Positions 39,097 to 48,177 are shown, numbered from the stretch's first letter. The stretch: DNA of 64,000 bases from a virus (IMGVR_UViG_3300031994_000064:18984-82983), one strand, 5' to 3'. Numbers and translations are program-made. The notes: generated by a model not told the origin, from the sequence alone.

Positions 39097-39408
39097 TTAA
39101 AAGTCTTTCCGAGCGGAAAGTTTGTCAATATAGTCTTTGTCCCAATAGAGGGATGTTATGCCTCTGATTTTTCGACCGTTGCGGATTTCGCCTTTGCGTA
39201 TTTTGCGGTCAAATTGTCTAACTGACAGACCGAGCAAGTCAGACGCTTCTTTCTTGGTGTAGCCGTACATTTCGCGTGAATCGACCAATTTGAAGTCGCC
39301 TTTGATGGGTTGGTCGCAAACACCGCTTTCATACATTTTGAAGCCGAAAGAGAGGTATTTGATGGCGTTTTTCATAAACACCTTAAAACTTGTATTTGAA
39401 TCTGTCAT
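39097..39408 (-). CDS. Small HTH (excisionase/MerR-like) DNA-binding protein
   Basis: YTKKEASDLLGLSVRQFDRKIRKGEI. Confidence 0.65.
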   Translation of the reverse strand: MTDSNTSFKVFMKNAIKYLSFGFKMYESGVCDQPIKGDFKLVDSREMYGYTKKEASDLLGLSVRQFDRKIRKGEIRNGRKIRGITSLYWDKDYIDKLSARKDF

Positions 39409-39778
39409 ATATATAAGTGCAAAGTGATGAAACGACAACGGCGATGAATATCGAAAACACAAACTCTTGCAGAGTGGCGAACTTTTTAGAAAACTTGAAT
39501 ATGCTGTCAAGAAAATCAACAAGAGACACCATTATCAAATTAAGATAAAGTATTCTTGACCAAAGAGAAACATACAGCCTTCTGCTGATGAAATAAAGCA
39601 TCGCAAGAATGTAGATTGAAAAGCCCGCTATCGGGCAAAGATACCAGCAAATCTCTAAATCATAGGTGTCACAAAGAAAACCTATTACCACAACAAGAGA
39701 CAAGACTATCGGTATTTGTTGCAAAACACGGATAGCCTTTCTCAAGTTGTTCACACGTCTGTTACTTTTTTGACGCAC
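39383..39778 (-). CDS. Multi-pass membrane protein
   Basis: Three to four hydrophobic segments. Confidence 0.55.
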   Translation of the reverse strand: MRQKSNRRVNNLRKAIRVLQQIPIVLSLVVVIGFLCDTYDLEICWYLCPIAGFSIYILAMLYFISRRLYVSLWSRILYLNLIMVSLVDFLDSIFKFSKKFATLQEFVFSIFIAVVVSSLCTYIYDRFKYKF

Positions 39779-39865
39779 CTCTTTTTCTTCTTTGACGGCT
39801 TTTAGTCAGCCCCGTCGTACCAGAAATTTTCTTTGCCATAGCCGTGAAATTTGATTGGTTAAACA

Positions 39866-40387
39866 CTATTGTTGATTATCAGTTTCTTCGGGCAAAGCGT
39901 CTGCAATGCCTTTCAGATTTTCCACTAATTCTTCTGCGGATTTCACCGAGCTCTCGAAGTCGTTGTTCGCATCGAAATCCTCTTTCTGCAAGGTTTCCGT
40001 ACTCTTGTTCATCAACTCTTCGGTGAACTTTTGTATGCTCTCGAAAGCCTTGAACATAAAATCTTCGTTAGAGAAGATGATTGTCGGTGCGAAAAGGATG
40101 GCTGACACGAAATCGGCGATGTTCTGAAGGTTCTCTTTCTCCTCGCCTTTCTTGTCCTTGCCGTCGATAAGAACGTCAAGCAGTATTTCAAGCGTGTCGT
40201 ACAGCGACTTGTAGTCGGGCTTCACGAAAACGTGATAGCCGCCTTTGGTCATATAGTGCATAAAGCCACCAGCTTTGTACAAGCAAAACGATTCGCAGTC
40301 AAACTGCTTCTCAACGTCTTTCTCCTCGATGCAGAAGTGCATCGGGGTTACTTTCTCGGTTTTCTCTTTCTTTTTTGTGTTCGCCAT
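39866..40387 (-). CDS. Hypothetical protein
   Basis: ORF with genome-typical codon usage. Confidence 0.6.
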   Translation of the reverse strand: MANTKKKEKTEKVTPMHFCIEEKDVEKQFDCESFCLYKAGGFMHYMTKGGYHVFVKPDYKSLYDTLEILLDVLIDGKDKKGEEKENLQNIADFVSAILFAPTIIFSNEDFMFKAFESIQKFTEELMNKSTETLQKEDFDANNDFESSVKSAEELVENLKGIADALPEETDNQQ

Positions 40388-40389
40388 AA

Positions 40390-41085
40390 CTATTCAATTC
40401 TTGTTTTTTCGTTTTTGTAAATGTCCTCGTAGTACATCTTGATTTGCAGGTCAAGCATCATGTCGGTAAGTTCCTCGTAGGTTTTGTGCTGCAACTCGTC
40501 AACGGTCAGCTCGGAGTAGTTTGCGATGAATTTCGCCATCTCGTATGTGCTGTTCTGCGGAAACGCAGCGCTGTAGTTGTACGGAATCACCTCGATGGGT
40601 ATTGGCGTGCCGACTTTCTTGATGGCGGCGCAATGACCGAAAATCTTCTCGATGTTGTGCGTTTTAGCGCCCGTGCGTTTCAGCACCACCCAAGAGACGG
40701 AGGTGTCTATCTTCAGCACTTTGGCGATTGCTCTCACCCACACAGCGCTCTTTTGGAATTTCGGTATGCTTGAGATGCCGACAAAATCAAGCATCTCGCG
40801 TGTGTCGTTTTCCGACGGGTTGTACTTGACCTCTATTTCTTCTTCTTTAGGCAAGTCTGCGGGCTTGATTTCTTGAATTGTCTGTTGAGGTTGAGGTTCT
40901 TGAACTTGCTTTTCAATTTCTGCCGCTTGTTCTTGCTGCGTCTGCTCAAGCCCGATTTCGGGCAGTTGCTCTACGGTTTCAGCCGTTTGCACCGTTTCGT
41001 TGGTGTCAACGAACTGCTCTTGTTTTTCCTCGGCTTTCTTAGTGGTTATCTTTGCGGTGTTGCCGCTTTTGCGTGGTCTTCCCAT
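40390..41085 (-). CDS. Hypothetical protein with Q/E-rich N-terminus
   Basis: MGRPRK start, low-complexity linker. Confidence 0.6.
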   Translation of the reverse strand: MGRPRKSGNTAKITTKKAEEKQEQFVDTNETVQTAETVEQLPEIGLEQTQQEQAAEIEKQVQEPQPQQTIQEIKPADLPKEEEIEVKYNPSENDTREMLDFVGISSIPKFQKSAVWVRAIAKVLKIDTSVSWVVLKRTGAKTHNIEKIFGHCAAIKKVGTPIPIEVIPYNYSAAFPQNSTYEMAKFIANYSELTVDELQHKTYEELTDMMLDLQIKMYYEDIYKNEKTRIE

Positions 41086-41098
41086 AGTAGAATGTATT

Positions 41099-41647
41099 TT
41101 AACTTAAAACTTTCGTGATTATCGGCAAGGCTGCGTATTCAACAGCCTGCAACTGGTTAGGTATCTGCGAATCGTACACGTAAGGGCAATGACCAATCAG
41201 GTTGTTGAACTTTAGCTCAATCTCGATGTATTTCATGCCCTTGTAGTTGTCTTCTTTGACCTCGACCGCGCTTATGAGCGTCATCACAGCCATCTTGCGG
41301 CGAACGTTGTCCCAAAAGACGACTGGCAGTGTGCCGGAGACAAGCCCTATCACGGTGTTCATATCGTCATTGCCATTGGCTATTGACGGGTCTCTTCTTA
41401 CCACAAGGTCTAAGGTTATGGTTGTCGCCTCTCTCGTGATTACTTCGGGGAAGTCGGCTCTCACCGTATCACTGTCGGCGTATGTCTCTGTGTATATGTT
41501 CTTCACTTTTCCGAAATCCTCAAGACCAGTGCATTTTCGGTAAAGCAGCGTTCTGCCAGTCCCGAGAACGTAGTTGTTGATGTCAGTCCAAGTCCAAGAA
41601 CTGTTTGCGTATTTTCCTATATATACGTGTACGTCTTGTATTTCCAC
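41099..41647 (-). CDS. Distal-tail-like protein (GTG start)
   Basis: KVKNIYTETYADSD..REATTITLDL pattern recalls distal tail proteins; recognition only. Confidence 0.4.
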   Translation of the reverse strand: MEIQDVHVYIGKYANSSWTWTDINNYVLGTGRTLLYRKCTGLEDFGKVKNIYTETYADSDTVRADFPEVITREATTITLDLVVRRDPSIANGNDDMNTVIGLVSGTLPVVFWDNVRRKMAVMTLISAVEVKEDNYKGMKYIEIELKFNNLIGHCPYVYDSQIPNQLQAVEYAALPIITKVLS

Positions 41648-41670
41648 GTGATTTCTATTTTAATTGTTAA

Positions 41671-41985
41671 TCAGTATTTTCGTTTCGACACGGGTCTTAG
41701 CCTTCCTATAAACCTTGTCGGCGGGCAGCCCATCTCTTTTCTTCTCTTGAAATTCTCCTCGTTGTATATCGGCTTGAGTATGTGAGAAATCCTCTCTGTC
41801 GGTTTGCTCAACTGCGATGCGTAGAACGACAGATAGCAGTAGTTCTTGTCGGTCTTGTATATGTTCGCAGACTGCAATGGCAGGAACATTCCGAGTTCCT
41901 GCTTGCAAGTGTATGGGTTCTCGTCCCACAGCAGACGCGCACCTTCGAGGTTGCTCAACGATATTGTGACTAAAAAATCCTGCAC
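41671..41985 (-). CDS. Hypothetical protein
   Basis: ORF downstream of promoter at 42007. Confidence 0.5.
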   Translation of the reverse strand: MQDFLVTISLSNLEGARLLWDENPYTCKQELGMFLPLQSANIYKTDKNYCYLSFYASQLSKPTERISHILKPIYNEENFKRRKEMGCPPTRFIGRLRPVSKRKY

Positions 41986-42006
41986 AACAATTCAAATTTT
42001 CGGTTG

Positions 42007-42014
42007 CAAAAATA
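42007..42014 (-). promoter_or_regulatory. -7 promoter box
   Basis: TATTTTTG. Confidence 0.55.
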
Positions 42015-42021
42015 AAAAAAA

Positions 42022-42468
42022 TTATAAAACAACGGCGTTTTGACCTTGAAAATCGACAATGGCGTTGCCATTGCCCTTGATTTCAACGTGCGAGTCCCCC
42101 ACAACGTAAAGCTTGCAGAGCCGCCACTCCTCTTCAAGGTTGAGAGTGCAGTTGCAGTCTATGAGGCAATATACGGTCGATTTGGCTTTTATCTCGCCGT
42201 TAAAGCGGCAATAAAGCTCGGAGGTGTACTTTCCATCATAAACGCAATTGCCGTTCAAATAAGGCGCAAAATCACGGCAAATCTCGTCAGATGTCATGCC
42301 CCACCCCTCGTCTATCGCCTTGCACAAAAACTCTATAGACTGGATTTCAAGAGCCGCCTTGAAAATCTCCATCTTGCTCTTGGCGTGCATTATCTTCAAA
42401 GAATACTCTTTGCAAGCTGGCGTGTTCGCCTTTGCACGCTCGAAAAAAGACTCTACGCTCTTAATCAT
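42022..42468 (-). CDS. Hypothetical protein
   Basis: ORF, ATG 42468 preferred. Confidence 0.55.
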   Translation of the reverse strand: MIKSVESFFERAKANTPACKEYSLKIMHAKSKMEIFKAALEIQSIEFLCKAIDEGWGMTSDEICRDFAPYLNGNCVYDGKYTSELYCRFNGEIKAKSTVYCLIDCNCTLNLEEEWRLCKLYVVGDSHVEIKGNGNAIVDFQGQNAVVL

Positions 42469-43144
42469 TCTCGCCTCCTTCCTTGATACGGTCACCAAAA
42501 TGATACTTGAAATCGCGTTCAATGCAAACGTTCTCTATCACCGTCACGAACGGAGCCGGTTTCGGATCACCTGCTTTATGATAATACTCGGTTCGCAAGC
42601 AACTGTCGGCCTTGTCGCATCCAATTCCTCTGCAATGACAATTATAATAGATGAATTGGTCACGCTCCCGAAGATATCGGTTACTTTTCCTATCCTTGAA
42701 CATTTCCATCGCCAGCTTTCTGTGCAAAAACCGCTGGTAGCGTGCAGGCTCTTTAAGTAGGCGATTGTAGTCAAAGTCGTATTTATTCAATATGCCTGCA
42801 TGGAACACAAATGAATCTGTGAGTGCTTCCTGAGCCGATTTTAGCTCATGAACCAAATCGAAATCATCGCCGTACTTGCTAATGATGAGTTCCGTGATGA
42901 AGTCAATGTTGCAACCGTGTTTACCGTTCTTTACATTTTTCTGGTCATAAGTAAGGCCTTTCGAAAGCCCGAGCACCCACACAGCAGAATCCCATTTAAT
43001 CAGATACTTGCCGTATCTTAACCATGAAGACAAATGCTTGCAGGCGTAGAGATGCAAGCCTCCGATTGTATGTTTTGATTCGGTCGCCATATCGCGCATG
43101 GCATCCCGGTCTTTTTTGTCGAACTTATGAATAAATATTTCCAT
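42461..43144 (-). CDS. Hypothetical protein with C-terminal Cys cluster
   Basis: CHCRGIGCDKADSCLR. Confidence 0.5.
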   Translation of the reverse strand: MEIFIHKFDKKDRDAMRDMATESKHTIGGLHLYACKHLSSWLRYGKYLIKWDSAVWVLGLSKGLTYDQKNVKNGKHGCNIDFITELIISKYGDDFDLVHELKSAQEALTDSFVFHAGILNKYDFDYNRLLKEPARYQRFLHRKLAMEMFKDRKSNRYLRERDQFIYYNCHCRGIGCDKADSCLRTEYYHKAGDPKPAPFVTVIENVCIERDFKYHFGDRIKEGGEND

Positions 43145-43166
43145 TATTTTCAAGCTATATAACAAC

Positions 43167-43553
43167 TTATCGAATAATATCATACATACCTTCTGGTGCT
43201 TCGATGGCGAGCCCTTTTTCAAGAAGGCCACGGTAGTCGAAATGGTGGGCGTTCATCCAATCATAGAACTCTGTGGTTTTGTCATAGAACCTCTCTCCGA
43301 ATGATTCAACCCATTCCAACTCTTCTCTCATATCGTCCCTTTCGTCATCGGTCATACTTGACATAGGGCGGATATAAGGTTTGACTGAAAATTTCTCGTC
43401 ATCTATTAACCTAATGTAAGTGCTAACTGTGTCATATTTTACATTATCCACAGATTTTATATCTTTGTCTTTTATACAGACTTCTACTTTAATGCCATAC
43501 GGCAACCTGCAGCAAAGGTCTTTCGTTAAAATGTCTTTATCTTTAGTCGTCAT
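43167..43553 (-). CDS. Hypothetical protein, paralog of 43565-43975
   Basis: KDLCxRLPY..KPxLRPxSSMT..WxNAHHFDYRGL shared. Confidence 0.7.
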   Translation of the reverse strand: MTTKDKDILTKDLCCRLPYGIKVEVCIKDKDIKSVDNVKYDTVSTYIRLIDDEKFSVKPYIRPMSSMTDDERDDMREELEWVESFGERFYDKTTEFYDWMNAHHFDYRGLLEKGLAIEAPEGMYDIIR

Positions 43554-43564
43554 AATTTCCGAAT

Positions 43565-43975
43565 TTATTCATACATACCTTTTGGCGATTCAAGTGCCAA
43601 TCCCTTTTCTATTAATCCACGGTAGTCGAAGTGGTGTGCGTTGAGCCAATCAAACATTTTGATTTCATCTTTCAATGTAAGCATTTCGTCTATTATAATA
43701 GGGCATAAGTTTACACAATGAAATCCTACAAACTCTTTCTGTTCTTCTTCGGTCATGCTTGAAATCGGACGCAAGAATGGCTTAACTTTTTCAATTAAAA
43801 ATCCGTATTGGAACACATCAACAGTAGGCATTCCTTTATATCCATCCAGTGTCACACCCATTGCAATATCAGAATCCAATCTGTTATCTTCAAGGTCAAG
43901 GTATTGAACCTTCACCTTATATGGCAATCTCGCACAAAGGTCTTTCAGTAATAATTGTTTGTCTTCGTTATTCAT
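43565..43975 (-). CDS. Hypothetical protein, paralog of 43167-43553
   Basis: Same shared motifs. Confidence 0.7.
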   Translation of the reverse strand: MNNEDKQLLLKDLCARLPYKVKVQYLDLEDNRLDSDIAMGVTLDGYKGMPTVDVFQYGFLIEKVKPFLRPISSMTEEEQKEFVGFHCVNLCPIIIDEMLTLKDEIKMFDWLNAHHFDYRGLIEKGLALESPKGMYE

Positions 43976-44375
43976 TGTCGCCTCCTTTCAAAAGCTGTTT
44001 ATCGTCAAAAATGTTACCAATGACTACAACATCAACCATACTTAAATGGTTATGCAATACGTTGTGCATAAACTTTTCGCCGCATTTAAGTTCAAAACGA
44101 CATCTTTCTTCTTTATAGACAACAACACTTCTGTATTGTTTCCAAAATTCATCAGGATAAAAAGATACAATATCTCCTTCAAATATCTCTTTGCCGTTTT
44201 TGTCAACAAGACCCGTAAATTGACCGACGGTATCTGGAACAACTTGAAACAAATCGTCTGTTTCGTCATCGTAGTGAACGCAAATCTGAGCAAACTTTTC
44301 ATAATGGTACAGATCGCCGTACACCCACTCGCCGTTGTCGATGCGTTTGCCGCGAAACTTTATAACTCTATTCAT
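43968..44375 (-). CDS. YopX-family protein
   Basis: IKFRGK..GEWVYG..VGQFTGLVDKNGKEIFEGDI..VIGNIFD. Confidence 0.85.
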   Translation of the reverse strand: MNRVIKFRGKRIDNGEWVYGDLYHYEKFAQICVHYDDETDDLFQVVPDTVGQFTGLVDKNGKEIFEGDIVSFYPDEFWKQYRSVVVYKEERCRFELKCGEKFMHNVLHNHLSMVDVVVIGNIFDDKQLLKGGDNE

Positions 44376-45087
44376 TGTTTGCCTCCTCCCCGATGATAAG
44401 TTCTTTTGCGTAAGGCAACTCTTCGATGAACTTGCAAAACGCGCCCCAATCCTCTTTCAGCTTGTGGCTCTTGCGCTGTTTGTAGATGGTCGCCAATTGC
44501 TCGTAGTTGGTCGAAACGTGAACCGTCAGCTCCGCACCCATCGGGCAGTTGCTGATGATGCGCATATAACAATCGTAAAGAAAATTTGCGCGGTCAACAA
44601 ACACATCATCATCTAACGTGAAATTGTTGTCATCCTCAAGGTATGAAAGATAGCTGCAATACGCTTCAACTGTTTCGTTCCACTCTTTGATGTGGTAAAA
44701 GTATTTTTGAAACATATTGTAATAATGAACAAGGCGGTTCACGATGTTCTTGACCGCTTTCGACACATATTTGTTGCAGCACTTGTCAAAGTCCATCTTC
44801 GTGATGCGGTGCATCATAGACGTGCTGCTCACGTATTGAAGAAAATGGTATCTCTGTATCTGCTTCGAGAAATACTGCGGGTATTTCAAGTCGAAAGTCA
44901 CCAAGATGCCCGTTCTGAAATTCGAGTTCCCCGTTCCTCCTCCGAGTTTCGCCAGCTTCTTGCACCTTTCAAGACCTCTCTCAAACTCTTCTTTCGTGCA
45001 TTCGGCGGGCTCAAGCCGCATAGCGTTGCCGCTCGCAACCACCGCCCTTTCAAGGTTGTAAACCTCTATGTTTGTAATTTCTACCAT
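44368..45087 (-). CDS. ThyX-like (flavin-dependent thymidylate synthase-related) protein
   Basis: QIQRYHF..SSTSMMH..TNYEQLATIYKQRKSHKLKEDW resembles ThyX fold motifs. Confidence 0.5.
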   Translation of the reverse strand: MVEITNIEVYNLERAVVASGNAMRLEPAECTKEEFERGLERCKKLAKLGGGTGNSNFRTGILVTFDLKYPQYFSKQIQRYHFLQYVSSTSMMHRITKMDFDKCCNKYVSKAVKNIVNRLVHYYNMFQKYFYHIKEWNETVEAYCSYLSYLEDDNNFTLDDDVFVDRANFLYDCYMRIISNCPMGAELTVHVSTNYEQLATIYKQRKSHKLKEDWGAFCKFIEELPYAKELIIGEEANNE

Positions 45088-45089
45088 AA

Positions 45090-45422
45090 CTATTTGATTT
45101 TTATAATGTTTTCTAAAAGTTCAGACTCTTCTACTTCATATCCGCCATCCCAGTCGGTGCATTGTATTTCGATTACCGCTTCACCGCTCAAAATCTTATC
45201 TGCAAGAATTTGTCTCATTTTCTCAACAACCTCTTTTGTAAAGTACAAATTCTGCACTTCTTGTTCTGTGCACGCAAGTACCTTAAATCTTTCTTCTTCC
45301 TTAGTAAATAGGTTGTCATACTTCTTTGAGAAATCTATGTTTGTATAGACAGTCTTGTTTATAGACAATCCTGGAACAGAAACACTGAACTTAAATACGT
45401 GGTTTGCTTCTACTTTTGCCAT
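45090..45422 (-). CDS. Hypothetical protein
   Basis: Low-GC ORF. Confidence 0.5.
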   Translation of the reverse strand: MAKVEANHVFKFSVSVPGLSINKTVYTNIDFSKKYDNLFTKEEERFKVLACTEQEVQNLYFTKEVVEKMRQILADKILSGEAVIEIQCTDWDGGYEVEESELLENIIKIK

Positions 45423-45473
45423 AACTTTCTATGTTAATTTTTCATTTTTTGGACGCATTATATTTACCATTGC

Positions 45474-46409
45474 TTAAAAGGCGTATGATAGCGCATAAAT
45501 GTTGTAAGGGTTATATACGTATATATTACTACGTACAAGGAATAGTTTAATTCTATCTTTAATAGAATCATAGAAATGATAAGTATATTTATCAGTAATA
45601 GAAGATAAAAACTTTCCTATTTTCAAAAACCATCTGCTCGCTGGGCTGTACGCTTCTTTGTATCTGCGCTTGAATTTCCTTACAATTCCGCTTTCTTCGC
45701 ACCTTTTGACAATTTCAATAACGTAGCTTCTTGATGTGTTGAGCCTCTTTGCAATGGTTGAGTATGAAACGCCGTTGTCGCGGAATCGCTCGATGTCGAA
45801 ATTCAGTCTCTTTGCTCTGCTTTGGGTGTGTTTGAGTTCGTCAAAGTCTTTCGGGTCTTGGAGTCTGCGTTTCAGCTCCCAAATATACCCTATCGCCCTC
45901 ATCGGTGCGGAGACCACGTGTTCTGCAATTTTGCGACCAATGGTTTTGATACTGTCGCCTCGCTTGTACTCTATCTTGAAATTACGTGTCTTTGAGTTGC
46001 TTCTAATCTTTGAAAAGTAAAGCGTGCCATCAATGATTCTGCAAAGGTCGAATGTCTGCAACACGTAGATGTATCCTTCGATAGTACGTGTGTTAAGACG
46101 AACGCCAGAAACACGCTCGTAGGCATTCCGCAGTTTGCAAGGGTTGTAGTTTTCGATTTTTGCGCAACTGTTGTTTCTCAAAATGAAAAGAAACGCCACC
46201 GAATCGCAAAGTTTGATGCAGGAGATGTCTTTGTTGTTCTTGAATACGTGTTCGCGGTCTTGACCCCAAGACTGGGCAAGGCGTTTGGACAAATTGAATG
46301 TGATGGTTTGCGGCTGATTTAAACAACGAACGGCAGTCACCCCGTCCGAGTTTCCCCGAACAAAAGGCGTTCTGCCGTTATCGTTAATATTTGCTGTCGC
46401 AGTCATCAT
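45474..46409 (-). CDS. HTH DNA-binding protein, possible replication initiator or regulator
   Basis: C-terminal SYSTIAKRLNTSRSYVIEIVKR HTH; basic; own promoter and structured leader. Confidence 0.5.
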   Translation of the reverse strand: MMTATANINDNGRTPFVRGNSDGVTAVRCLNQPQTITFNLSKRLAQSWGQDREHVFKNNKDISCIKLCDSVAFLFILRNNSCAKIENYNPCKLRNAYERVSGVRLNTRTIEGYIYVLQTFDLCRIIDGTLYFSKIRSNSKTRNFKIEYKRGDSIKTIGRKIAEHVVSAPMRAIGYIWELKRRLQDPKDFDELKHTQSRAKRLNFDIERFRDNGVSYSTIAKRLNTSRSYVIEIVKRCEESGIVRKFKRRYKEAYSPASRWFLKIGKFLSSITDKYTYHFYDSIKDRIKLFLVRSNIYVYNPYNIYALSYAF

Positions 46410-46544
46410 ATTCACATTCACTTTACTTAATATGTTGTCCTCTTTCTGCAAAAGCAGTTAAAAGCAAAGCGGCAGCATTAGACGGCTGCGACCAAACAAT
46501 ATTCGTTCAAAGAGCGCACTGCTTTCAGCAGAAAGAGAACGCTG

Positions 46545-46552
46545 CAAAAATA
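46545..46552 (-). promoter_or_regulatory. -7 box, leftward half of divergent promoter pair
   Basis: TATTTTTG. Confidence 0.65.
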
Positions 46553-46683
46553 CAAATTATTTCGTTCGCTCGGCACGAAAAGTGAAAAAAATTTTTTTGT
46601 TGTGTGTAATTATCTGACTATTAGAGAGAAAAAATTTTTTTTGAAAAAAACCATTTTTTTGTCGAACATATTGATAAAATTGT

Positions 46684-46691
46684 TATCTTTG
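46684..46691 (+). promoter_or_regulatory. -7 box, rightward half of divergent promoter pair
   Basis: TATCTTTG 28 nt before dnaN ATG. Confidence 0.7.
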
Positions 46692-46719
46692 CCGCAGATT
46701 TGAATACCAATTAAGATTT

Positions 46720-47862
46720 ATGAGTAATACACTGATTTTCAACAAGAAGAATTTGATTAGAGCTCTTTCGTTCGGCGCGAGCTGCGCGGGTGTCAACAAG
46801 ATGCTGCACATCACCGACTATATACATATATATGTAGAGGGCGGCGAAACAAAAGTGAAGATAGAGAGCAACAGCGCGAGCATCGCCGCAAAGACGTTTG
46901 TAGAGGCTGAACAGCCCGCATTTGATAAAATAGACGTGTGCGTTCCGGCTGACGGCTTGCAGAAGATTCTCGCCACGCTGACCGACTACAACGTCACGCT
47001 TGATTTCAAAGATTCTTTCTTTGAGGTGGTTTACGGCAGCGGCAAGGCTAAATTCCCGTTTGTTTCGTCAGACGAGTTTCCCACGAACTTCAACTCCGAG
47101 AAAGAGAACATGCTCAACAAGTGCGTGATGCCGTCGCAGACGCTCAAGTACATCATCAACTCCACGAAAAACTTTGTCGGCAGCGATGAGTTGAGACCGA
47201 CGATGATGGCGGTTTGCCTCACGTTCTTGGAAGACGGCTTGGAGTATTGCGCCACCGATGCCCACAAGATGATTTGCGAGAAAATAAAGACCGAAGGAGT
47301 TGTCGGCGCAGGAACGCAGCTTCTGATACCGAAGACGACAAACCGCGCACTTGTTGGTCTTGTCGGAGACGGCGAACTTCCTCTTGAAATAAGGACATAC
47401 GACAAGTTCGCGTCTTTCAAGGTCGGCGAGAACGAGGTGTGCTTCACGCTGCAAGAGGGGAAATACCCGAACTACCGCAGCGTGATACCGTCAAGCACAG
47501 TTGAGCATTTCAGTGTCGTCAAAGACGAGATTTTGGCAACCACAAAGAGAATGGAAAACCTCGCGAGCGCGTCTACGAAGACCGTTGTGCTTGAATGCTC
47601 TCAAAGCGAAATCAACATTCACGCAGAAGACGCGGATTTCGGCACGGGCGGCAACGAGAAGATAAACGTGAAAAGCTACCAAGGCGAGAACGGCGATGTG
47701 CAAATAGGTTTCAACGCTTATTTTCTCAACATGTGCCTTTCTGAAATCACGAGCCACGATGTGGTAATCAACATCAACTCTTCGAACAAGGCTGCCACGC
47801 TCACTGACGCGAACAGACCCGACAAGACACTGCTTATCATGCCCGTGATGATTAACGGATAA
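46720..47862 (+). CDS. dnaN: DNA polymerase III beta sliding clamp
   Basis: 380 aa; DELRPTMM, ATDAHK, EGKYPNYRSVIP, IGFNAYFL, LLIMPV. Confidence 0.92.
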   Translation: MSNTLIFNKKNLIRALSFGASCAGVNKMLHITDYIHIYVEGGETKVKIESNSASIAAKTFVEAEQPAFDKIDVCVPADGLQKILATLTDYNVTLDFKDSFFEVVYGSGKAKFPFVSSDEFPTNFNSEKENMLNKCVMPSQTLKYIINSTKNFVGSDELRPTMMAVCLTFLEDGLEYCATDAHKMICEKIKTEGVVGAGTQLLIPKTTNRALVGLVGDGELPLEIRTYDKFASFKVGENEVCFTLQEGKYPNYRSVIPSSTVEHFSVVKDEILATTKRMENLASASTKTVVLECSQSEINIHAEDADFGTGGNEKINVKSYQGENGDVQIGFNAYFLNMCLSEITSHDVVININSSNKAATLTDANRPDKTLLIMPVMING

Positions 47863-47872
47863 TAATTACGAC

Positions 47873-47949
47873 AAGCGCGGCGGAAAAATTCCGTATTATA
47901 TTTTTTTTCATATTTTTTTGTATTTATAACATTTATCACCGCCGCGCTT
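47873..47949. repeat. 11-bp inverted repeat around a 55-nt AT-rich spacer
   Basis: AAGCGCGGCGG 47873-83 / CCGCCGCGCTT 47939-49, followed by T tract. Confidence 0.8.
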
Positions 47950-47976
47950 TTTTTCAAATAATCAAATCATTAGAAA

Positions 47977-48177
47977 ATGTATAACAACAAGATAACAGAT
48001 TACCAAAAAAACATCAGAGAGCGCGACAAGAAAATCGTTGCACGCTACGAGGCTTTGGTTGCCGAAGGGTATATGAAGACTATCGCCATGCGCACCGTTG
48101 CCGAGGAATACGGCTTCTACAGCACCGCCGGCATCAACAGAATCATCAAGAAATACAAAAGAGACAATGCCGAGTAA
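47977..48177 (+). CDS. Small HTH-like protein
   Basis: ERDKKIVARY..VAEEYGFYSTAGINRII. Confidence 0.55.
   Translation: MYNNKITDYQKNIRERDKKIVARYEALVAEGYMKTIAMRTVAEEYGFYSTAGINRIIKKYKRDNAE

Noticed and set aside
39097-39408. Lysogeny module suggested by the excisionase-like HTH
   Set aside because: No integrase, repressor pair or att-like site was seen; lifestyle cannot be called from this window
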